A stretch of DNA of 13,092 nucleotides from Verrucomicrobiota bacterium (GTDB lineage Bacteria; Verrucomicrobiota; Lentisphaeria; Lentisphaerales; Lentisphaeraceae). Position numbers and translations under genes: made by a program. Below are positions 6,931-13,092 of the stretch, piece after piece (position 1 is the first letter of the stretch; each line of letters begins with the position of its first letter). The notes beneath the pieces are model-generated. The model worked only from the letters and a program-made list of their open reading frames with translations, did not search any database and had not been told where the DNA came from. The stretch is taken from NCBI GenBank assembly GCA_039798785.1, contig JBDKFG010000098.1, positions 1 through 13,092 on the forward strand. The letters are read 5' to 3'.

Positions 6931-7887
6931 ATGTCCAATAAGTTGTTCATCGGCGGCCTCAGCTGGGGCACCACTGAAGACGGCCTGAGACAGGCCTTCG
7001 CGCCATACGGCGAAGTCACTGAAGCCAAAGTCATTCTGGACCGCGAAACCGGCCGCTCACGCGGCTTCGGCTTCGTCGCCTTCGCAAGTCACGAAGTCGC
7101 CCAGTCTGCCCTCGACAAAATGAACGGCGCCCTCATCGACGGGCGCCCTATCCGCATCAGCTTGGCTGAAACCCGCCCTGAAGGAGATCGCGGCCCGCGC
7201 CCCCCTCCACGCGACGGCTATCCCCCTCGCGACGGCGGCTTCCCTCCCCGCGACGGCGGCGGCTACAACCGCGGCCCAGGCGGCCCAGGCGGCTACCCCC
7301 CTCGTGAAGGCGGCTTCCCTCCCCGCGACGGCGGCGGCTACAACCGCGGCCCAGGCCCCGGAGCCCCCGGCGGCTACCCCCCTCGTGAAGGCGGCTTCCA
7401 GCCCCGCGATGGCGGCGGCTACAACCGCGGCCCCGGCCCCGGTGGCCCCGGCGGCTACCCTCCCCGTGAAGGAGGCTTCCAGCCCCGCGATGGCGGCGGC
7501 TACAACCGCGGCCCCGGCCCCGGTGGCCCCGGTGGCCCCGGCGGCCCTTCCCGCGGTCCCGGCGGTCCCGGCGGCTTCGGCGCCCCCCGCCCCGGCGGCT
7601 TCGGCGGCGGCCCCTCCCGCGGCCCCGGCGGCCCCGGCGGCTTTGGTGGCGGCTATGGCTCCCGCGGCGGTGACGACGACTTCCGCCCCGGCGCTTTTGA
7701 TGCCCCGGCCGTCGACGAATGGAGCGATGACCGCCCCCGCCGCGAATATCGCGAACCAGTCGCCCACAAGGAAAACCCCAAGGACGAACGCTTCAAGGAC
7801 GGCGCCGACGAAGCCGTGCTCAACACCAAGAAGCCTCGCCGCAAGAAGGACCATTGGGAGAAGGACGACGAGGACGACTACCGTTGA
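6931..7887 (+). CDS. RRM (RNP-1) RNA-binding protein with a long Gly/Pro/Arg/Tyr low-complexity region and charged tail, 318 aa
   Basis: RNP2 KLFIGGL, RNP1 RGFGFVAF, DRETGRSRG and MNGALIDGRPIRI; GGAG SD upstream of the ATG at 6931. Confidence 0.93.
   Translation: MSNKLFIGGLSWGTTEDGLRQAFAPYGEVTEAKVILDRETGRSRGFGFVAFASHEVAQSALDKMNGALIDGRPIRISLAETRPEGDRGPRPPPRDGYPPRDGGFPPRDGGGYNRGPGGPGGYPPREGGFPPRDGGGYNRGPGPGAPGGYPPREGGFQPRDGGGYNRGPGPGGPGGYPPREGGFQPRDGGGYNRGPGPGGPGGPGGPSRGPGGPGGFGAPRPGGFGGGPSRGPGGPGGFGGGYGSRGGDDDFRPGAFDAPAVDEWSDDRPRREYREPVAHKENPKDERFKDGADEAVLNTKKPRRKKDHWEKDDEDDYR
7216..7533 (+). repeat. In-frame tandem repeat, 4 units (periods 75, 81, 81 bp), encoding GYPPR(D/E)GGF(P/Q)PRDGGGYNRGPG(PG)(G/A)PG
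   Basis: Units start at 7216, 7291, 7372 and 7453; differences are mostly synonymous. Confidence 0.9.
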
Positions 7888-7903
7888 TCCCCAGATGAAC
7901 CTG

Positions 7904-7932
7904 AAAGCCGCCTTCGCCGGAAGGCGGCTTTT
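7904..7932 (+). terminator. Intrinsic terminator after the RRM gene
   Basis: AAAGCCGCCTTC(7904-7915)-gccg-GAAGGCGGCTTT(7920-7931)T, a perfect 12-bp stem. Confidence 0.85.
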
Positions 7933-8064
7933 CCATGCCCTGGCGATCCGTCAGCCCCGACCCACTTGAATCCATCTATGCAGCATGAATGAATCCTCGG
8001 TCTACGCACCAGTGCAAAAAACAGTTGAGCGCCCTCGGCTTCACGCAAAGGGCGACCAAGAAAC

Positions 8065-8204
8065 TTCAACCTCGATTCCGAAGTTGAAGCTGTGAGTCAG
8101 CCTTCAGTCTTGAATGTTAAATCTTTGATTTTGTTCGCGTTCTGTTGAATCTTGAATCGGATTCCCGAGCTGAGCCCCAGCTCAGCTTCGGAATCCAGGT
8201 TCAA
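8065..8204. repeat. Imperfect ~34-bp inverted repeat pair (REP-doublet/MITE-like) between convergent genes
   Basis: 8068-8101 matches the reverse complement of 8169-8201 at 28 of 34 positions. Each end also takes part in a local hairpin. Confidence 0.6.
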
Positions 8205-8206
8205 TC

Positions 8207-9814
8207 TTACTTCAGCCCCGCCGCGGCGATCAAGGCCGCGGCGGCGCCCTGGGCCGGCACCTTGCCGGTGAGAGCGTCGAGAATCTCGTTGGCGAGAACC
8301 TTGCCGAGCTGCACCCCTTCCTGGTCAAAGGAGTTGATGTTCCAGATCAGCCCCTGGAAGGCGATCTTGTTTTCGTAGAAGGCGAGCAGGGCCCCCATTG
8401 ATTCGGGCGTCAATTTGCGCCCGATGATCAGGGAGTTCGGACGATTGCCAGGGAACTGTTTGTTCGGGTTGTCGCTGTTCTTGCCGCAGGCCAAAGCGAG
8501 GGATTGCGCCAGCAGGTTGGCGAGGAGCTTCTCCTGCGAACTCGAGCCCTTGACCTGGAGGTCGCCGCCGCGCTGCGCTTCGCGGAAGCCGATGAAGTCG
8601 CAGGTCACCACGGTCTCGGACTGGTGGATGAGCTGGTAGAAAGCATGCTGGCCGTTGGTGCCGGGTTCGCCCCAGACGATCGGGCCGGTGGCGAAGGGCA
8701 CTGCGCGGCCGCGGCGGTCGATCCGCTTGCCGTTCGACTCCATGTCGCACTGCTGCAAGTGGGCGGCGAAACGCGACAAAGCTTGCGAATAGGGCAGCAC
8801 CGCCAAGGTCGGGATGGCGAGGAAATCACGGTTCCAGATCCCGATCAGGGCGGCGAGAAGCGACAGGTTGCGGCGGCTCTCAGTCTCAAGGGCATTCAGA
8901 TCCATCTTGCGCATGCCGCGCAAGAACTGGCGGAAATTATCGAGGCCGAGGCCAAAGCCGAGAATGACGCCGCCGACCATCGAAGAGACGCTGTAGCGCC
9001 CACCGATCGAATCGTACATGTAGAAGGCCTGCAGGTACTTCGCCGGGTTGTCCATCGGCGATCCCTTGCCGGTGACGCAGACAAAGTGCTTGGCGGGGTC
9101 GAGGCCTGCCTGGCGGAAGAGCGCCGCCACCAACTCCTCGTTGGTCAGGGTCTCAAGTGTGGAACCGGATTTCGACACGACGTTGACCAGGGTGCGCGAC
9201 AAATCGAGACCGGCAAGAACTTCGTTGGCATCGTCGGGGTCGACGTTCGAGACGAAGTGAGCGCGGCGTCCAGAGGGCGCGTAGGCCTTCAAGGCAAGAT
9301 AGATCGCCTTGGGACCGAGGTCGGAACCGCCGATGCCGATGTTGACCATATCGGTGAAAGTCTCGCCTTTGGCATTCGTGATCTTGCCGCTTTCGAGGGC
9401 GGCCAGGAAGGACTCAAGGCGGGAGAGCTCTTCGCGCGCAGCAGCGATCAGCGGAGCAGAATCGCCGTCGTGCTCGGGACAAGCGAGATCGGCGAAGACG
9501 TTGCGCATGGCGTGATGCATCACCTGGCGGTTCTCGCAGTCGTAGCCTTCAATGCGGTTCATCACGGCGCCGCCCATGACCTGACGCATCTGGGCCACGG
9601 CCTCGGTCTCGTCGGCAAGAGCTTGCAGAGCGCCTAGGATCTTGTCGTCGACCCGCTGGGTGGCATAGAGGAAGTCAAAGCCGGCGGCGCTGCTCTTCAT
9701 CGCCGCGACGCGGCCGGCGTCCAGGACCTCAAGACGGCGCAGATCGGGAGCGGAAGGGACCAAGGAGCTGAGTTTGCTGTAGGCGGCAGTCTCATGAAGG
9801 CTGGGTCGGGACAT
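8207..9814 (-). CDS. pgi: Glucose-6-phosphate isomerase, 535 aa
   Basis: NIGIGGSDLGP, SKSGSTLET, GGRYSVSS, QQCDMESNGK, GTNGQHAFYQLIHQ and NSFDQEGVQLGK motifs; GAGGAG SD 7 nt before the ATG at 9814. Confidence 0.97.
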   Translation of the reverse strand: MSRPSLHETAAYSKLSSLVPSAPDLRRLEVLDAGRVAAMKSSAAGFDFLYATQRVDDKILGALQALADETEAVAQMRQVMGGAVMNRIEGYDCENRQVMHHAMRNVFADLACPEHDGDSAPLIAAAREELSRLESFLAALESGKITNAKGETFTDMVNIGIGGSDLGPKAIYLALKAYAPSGRRAHFVSNVDPDDANEVLAGLDLSRTLVNVVSKSGSTLETLTNEELVAALFRQAGLDPAKHFVCVTGKGSPMDNPAKYLQAFYMYDSIGGRYSVSSMVGGVILGFGLGLDNFRQFLRGMRKMDLNALETESRRNLSLLAALIGIWNRDFLAIPTLAVLPYSQALSRFAAHLQQCDMESNGKRIDRRGRAVPFATGPIVWGEPGTNGQHAFYQLIHQSETVVTCDFIGFREAQRGGDLQVKGSSSQEKLLANLLAQSLALACGKNSDNPNKQFPGNRPNSLIIGRKLTPESMGALLAFYENKIAFQGLIWNINSFDQEGVQLGKVLANEILDALTGKVPAQGAAAALIAAAGLK

Positions 9815-9948
9815 GGCGGATCTCCTCTGAACGGGTTTCGACAAGTTCGCATCCAATATAAGCCAAGGTTGGCGGGACGGTGTAACTTCGCACCGTCATT
9901 GTCGTAAGCTATTACACTGATCCCTCCAACATCCCACCGGAGAAATGC

Positions 9949-11814
9949 ATGTCTGCCTACAAACTTGCCCCGTTCTTCCTCTCCCTCGGCATCCTGGGCC
10001 AGAACCTCCTCGCCGAAGATGACGAACTGAAGCTCGACGATGAAGCCGCCGCACCGGCGCCCATCGCCGCCGCCGCGATCGACGCCCGCCCAGGTCAGAT
10101 CATCGCCATTTTTGATCTGGCCAATGTCTCCGGCGAAATCCTCGCCGAACCCGGCCTCGGCGAAGTGATGAGCGGCGAAGCCTTCAGCGACAAACGGATG
10201 AGCTTCTTCACCCTGCTGTCGCGAATCCGCGCCTGCAAGGACGACACCCGGGTTAAATCCGTCGTCATCTATCCCAAAGGAGCCAGCCTCGGCAATGCCC
10301 AGATGACCGAGCTCGGCAGGCGCCTCGAAGAACTGCGCGCCGCCGGCAAAGACGTCGTCACCTGGTCCGACGGCATCTCCGGCGGCCAGCTCACCCTCGC
10401 AGCCGCCGGACGCCTGGTGCTGATGCCCGACGCGGAAGTCGAATACGCCGGCATCGTCGCCGAGAACCTGCACTTCAAAGGCCTGCTCGACAAGCTCGGC
10501 GTCCAGTTCGACGTCATCCACTGCGGCGACTACAAATCCGCCTTTGAGAACTTCTACCTCGACGCCCCCAGCGCCCCCGCACGTCGCCAGAGCGAAGCGC
10601 TCTATGGCTCTCTCTTCGGCCTGTCGGCGGAAAGCCTCGCCGCCCGCCGCCAGCTGAGCTGGCCGGAAATGCAGGACCTGGTCTCCACCGGCCTCTTCTC
10701 CGCCAAAGATGCGGTGAACCGCAAGCTCGCAGATGGACTCGCCTCGCACCAGGACTTCGTCGCCGACATGAAGAAGCGCTTCCCCGGCGCCCGTATTGTC
10801 AAAGACTACGGCGCCCCGAAAAAGACCGAACTCAAGCTCGACAATCTCACCGACATCCTCGGCTTCATGGGCCAGCTCGGCAAAGCCAAACCAGCAGACC
10901 CTCGTCCGGCACTCGCACTGGTCATCCTTAACGGCGAAATCAACGACGAGATGGGCGAACCCCTCCGGGCCCACCTCGTCCGCTGCGCCGCCGACCCGGC
11001 CATCCGCGGCATGGTGCTGCGCATCGACTCTCCTGGCGGCTCCGCCCTCGCCTCGGAAGCGATCTGCTCCGGCACCGCCTCCTTCAAGGCCGCAGGAAAG
11101 CCCTTCGTCGTCTCGATGGGCAACGTCGCCGCCTCCGGCGGCTATTACGCCGCCGTCTACGGCAGCCCTGTGTATGCCGAATCGACCACCATCACCGGCT
11201 CCATCGGCGTCGTCGGCGGCAAGCCGGTCTTCAAAGGCCTGATGGACAAGATCGGCGTCACTAGCCACTCTTGGAAATTGGGTGACCGCGCCGACTTGAT
11301 GAGCCTCGAAAAACCCTTCGCCGCAGGCGACAAGGAGTTCCTCCTCGGCGTCTTCGACCGCATCTACGGCCGCTTCAAGGAACGTGTCCTGGATGGACGC
11401 CGTGGCAAGATCGCGCCGGAAAATATCGAGTCTCTCGCCGGCGGCCGGGTCTACACCGGCGCCCAGGCCCTCGAGCTCGGCCTCGTCGACAAGCTCGGCG
11501 GCCTCCGCGAAGCGATCAACGACGCCAGCGCTCAATGCGCTTTCGCCGGCGACTGGCGGGTCGACCTCTTCCCACGTCAAAGCAGCCTGATGGAAAAACT
11601 CCTCAAAGGCCCCGACCCGCGCGACCTCGATGAGGCCTGGCTCAGCGCCGACGCCCGGAAATTGCTCGCCGCCCAGCCCGGCATGCTGCGCGAATTCCAG
11701 CTACTCAAAAACGTCAACCCCGAACTCGCACGCAAACTCGCCACCGCCCTCGGCCAAGCCGCACTGATGGCCAAAGGCGAAGCCCTCCTCGTCGCCCCGC
11801 CCTGCGTTTTGTGA
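9949..11814 (+). CDS. sppA: Signal peptide peptidase A (protease IV, tandem S49 domains), 621 aa
   Basis: GDYKSAFE (catalytic Lys), LRIDSPGGSALASE, SMGNVAASGGYY (catalytic Ser), TITGSIGV and AGGRVYTGAQALELGLVD; N-terminal signal-like segment; GGAG SD. Confidence 0.94.
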   Translation: MSAYKLAPFFLSLGILGQNLLAEDDELKLDDEAAAPAPIAAAAIDARPGQIIAIFDLANVSGEILAEPGLGEVMSGEAFSDKRMSFFTLLSRIRACKDDTRVKSVVIYPKGASLGNAQMTELGRRLEELRAAGKDVVTWSDGISGGQLTLAAAGRLVLMPDAEVEYAGIVAENLHFKGLLDKLGVQFDVIHCGDYKSAFENFYLDAPSAPARRQSEALYGSLFGLSAESLAARRQLSWPEMQDLVSTGLFSAKDAVNRKLADGLASHQDFVADMKKRFPGARIVKDYGAPKKTELKLDNLTDILGFMGQLGKAKPADPRPALALVILNGEINDEMGEPLRAHLVRCAADPAIRGMVLRIDSPGGSALASEAICSGTASFKAAGKPFVVSMGNVAASGGYYAAVYGSPVYAESTTITGSIGVVGGKPVFKGLMDKIGVTSHSWKLGDRADLMSLEKPFAAGDKEFLLGVFDRIYGRFKERVLDGRRGKIAPENIESLAGGRVYTGAQALELGLVDKLGGLREAINDASAQCAFAGDWRVDLFPRQSSLMEKLLKGPDPRDLDEAWLSADARKLLAAQPGMLREFQLLKNVNPELARKLATALGQAALMAKGEALLVAPPCVL

Positions 11815-11834
11815 AATTCACGGAGACCCCCGAG

Positions 11835-12329
11835 ATGAATAAGAAATTCACCCTGCTCAGCCTCAGCCTCGCCGCCGCCTCCTGCGCCTCCCCAAAGGAC
11901 TATTCCGCCTACCATGAAGGAACTGGCCGCTACCGACTCTCCCAGAACGCCCTCGTCGGCCAGAATGCGCCTCCCCTTCCCGGCGCCGAAATCACCTGGT
12001 CTTCTTTCGGCAAGCGCCACGTCATCGTCAGCTTCCTCGCCACCTGGAACAGCACCAGCGCCGCCTGCGCCCGCCGCGCCGAAGCCCTCGCCGCCGCCCA
12101 TCCCGAAACCATCGCCTGCATCCACGTCCTCAGCTCGGTCGACGCACGCCAAGCCGCTGCCTACGCCGCCAAACACGGCCTCAAATCCGCCCTTCTCGCC
12201 GACGCCGACGGCAGCTTCCGACAAGCCCTCGGCAACGATCTCTTCCCCGATGTCTACATAATCAAAAACGGCCAGATCGAAGGAGCTGACCTCAAAGAGG
12301 AGGAAATCGCCTCCGCCCTCGGATTCTAA
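11835..12329 (+). CDS. Thioredoxin-fold (TlpA/redoxin-like) lipoprotein lacking CXXC, 164 aa
   Basis: MNKK + hydrophobic stretch + AASC lipobox; VGQNAPPLP, GKRHVIVSFLATWNSTS, LLADADG and LFPDVYIIKNGQI follow the TlpA layout; GGAG upstream of the ATG at 11835. Confidence 0.8.
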   Translation: MNKKFTLLSLSLAAASCASPKDYSAYHEGTGRYRLSQNALVGQNAPPLPGAEITWSSFGKRHVIVSFLATWNSTSAACARRAEALAAAHPETIACIHVLSSVDARQAAAYAAKHGLKSALLADADGSFRQALGNDLFPDVYIIKNGQIEGADLKEEEIASALGF

Positions 12330-12441
12330 AGTCCCTCCAGACTGAAAAACACGCCCTTTGAACTTTATTTATCTACGACCAATCCATTGGTTACAAGATC
12401 CTCGACGACAATCTATTTCGCGAATTCGTACAAGCACCCCC

Positions 12442-12470
12442 TTGCACCAAACTACGAATCGCGATATCTT
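12442..12470 (+). promoter_or_regulatory. Putative sigma70 promoter
   Basis: TTGCAC (12442-12447), 17-bp spacer, TATCTT (12465-12470); same -10 hexamer as the promoter at 548-553. Confidence 0.55.
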
Positions 12471-12475
12471 TTCTC

Positions 12476-12565
12476 GCTTTCCCTCAGCCGTCGCTCCCTC
12501 CCCACATGGCGACACTCCAGGCTCAGGATGTAGCAGCCCCGTTCCCTCACAGGAGCGGGGCTTTC
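12476..12565 (+). ncRNA. Candidate ~90-nt structured small RNA (unassigned)
   Basis: Lies between the putative promoter and a terminator-like stem. Nested stems 12482-12489/12520-12527 and 12490-12494/12509-12513 enclose a CCCUCCCC loop. No credible ORF. Confidence 0.4.
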
Positions 12566-12570
12566 CCATT
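12535..12570 (+). terminator. Terminator-like hairpin
   Basis: AGCCCCGTTCC(12535-12545)/GGAGCGGGGCT(12552-12562), 11 bp with one G-U; weak U-tract (ttcccatt). Confidence 0.55.
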
Positions 12571-12583
12571 CTCTCCACAATGA

Positions 12584-13092
12584 ATGACTAGTCCGTCAGG
12601 TGTCGCCCCCGATCACCGATTTAACTTTAAAACCGCTATTGAGCAACCCAAAAGCATAAAGCGGCCGGCAAGGAGCGCTTCGGCACCTGGTTCTCCGGCG
12701 GCTACCAGTCGCGCCTGCTGAGCCCTGCGCATCGCCATCAGCCCACTTCGTCGACCCCGAAGCGGGTCGATAGATTTTAGCCCGGGGTCGCGCCGCATCG
12801 GCGCTACCCCGGGAAATCGGCCGAGACCGAGGTTCCGGCCAAGCTCTGCGCCTTTGTGCAGCAAAAACTCGAGGAGCTTTGCGTCGGACGCAGCCTCCGC
12901 TACGCCGTGCGAAAACACTGCCTGGAGCAGAAGATCGACCCGAACGGCGACGAGGCCGACACGATTTTGCGAGGTCTGCAACAAGCCTTTCTCAAGGCCC
13001 ACGCCATCGGCAGTGAAGCCGAGGTGCGCCGCGCCATCGCCGCCCTGGATGCGCGACACAGCCGCTTGAAGAAGCGCCTCTATCGCCTCCCC
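12584..13092 (+). pseudogene. Disrupted coding region running off the right edge; possible degenerate REP-associated tyrosine transposase relic
   Basis: Frame +1 is open 12643-12777 and 12781-13092 with coding-like codons (..ETEVPAKLCAFVQQKLEEL..AHAIGSEAEVRRAIAALDARHSRLKKRLYRLP). TAG at 12778 falls inside the REP-like element and there is no good start (only GTG 12856). The family assignment is weak. Confidence 0.35.
12751..12813. repeat. REP-like double hairpin
   Basis: TCGACCC/GGGTCGA (12751-12770), a 10-nt AT-rich spacer, then CCCGGGGTCGCGCCG-cat-CGGCGCTACCCCGGG (12781-12813, 14/15 pairs). The minus strand carries GTAG. Confidence 0.6.

Noticed and set aside
7216..7533. Periodic repeat as a possible CRISPR array
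   Set aside because: In-frame coding tandem repeat with no unique spacers and no cas genes nearby
9876..9917. Short inverted repeats in the pgi/sppA divergent region (GACGGTG/CACCGTC; GTAA..TTAC) as a HexR-like operator
   Set aside because: The arms are short and the spacing does not fit the consensus I recall; cannot be supported without a motif search
859..12261. Many long alternative-frame and antisense ORFs (e.g. 859..1830, 2766..4235, 4395..6614, 5299..6906, 8504..9637, 9697..11580)
   Set aside because: Expected shadows of GC3-rich genes; no recognisable motifs
12518..12537. CAGGCTCAGGATGTAGCAGC resembling SRP RNA domain IV or a tRNA 5' end
   Set aside because: The stem closing a GNRA loop does not pair, there is no long SRP helix, and no cloverleaf or T-loop is present
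12778..12780. TAG readthrough or recoding joining two open stretches
   Set aside because: The upstream stretch has no start codon after TGA 12640, and the TAG sits in a REP-like insertion; no recoding evidence
12613..13059. 148-aa minus-strand ORF
   Set aside because: Reads as the antisense shadow of the plus-strand frame +1 coding-like sequence

Overview
GC-rich bacterial chromosomal window of mostly housekeeping and metabolic genes. A PVC-superphylum (Lentisphaerae/Verrucomicrobia/Planctomycetes-like) origin is only an inference from protein styles. Order: 3' end of glyA (+), then a 106-aa ORF (+) that appears leaderless and ends in a Thr/Ile-rich tail, an attenuator-like hairpin, thrB and a translationally coupled hotdog thioesterase (+); a convergent acyl-CoA synthetase (-); an AT-rich divergent promoter with a perfect 20-bp inverted repeat; GAF-containing ptsP (+); an RRM protein with a long Gly/Pro/Arg/Tyr repeat tail (+); a REP-doublet-like intergenic element; pgi (-); sppA (+); a TlpA-like lipoprotein lacking CXXC (+); a candidate ~90-nt sRNA; and a degraded coding stretch containing a REP-like double hairpin. 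The most notable observation is an apparent threonine/isoleucine ribosome-mediated attenuator whose leader peptide is the C-terminal tail of a full-size, possibly ACT-like protein rather than a short ThrL. All calls come from reading motifs by eye; no searches or folding calculations were run.
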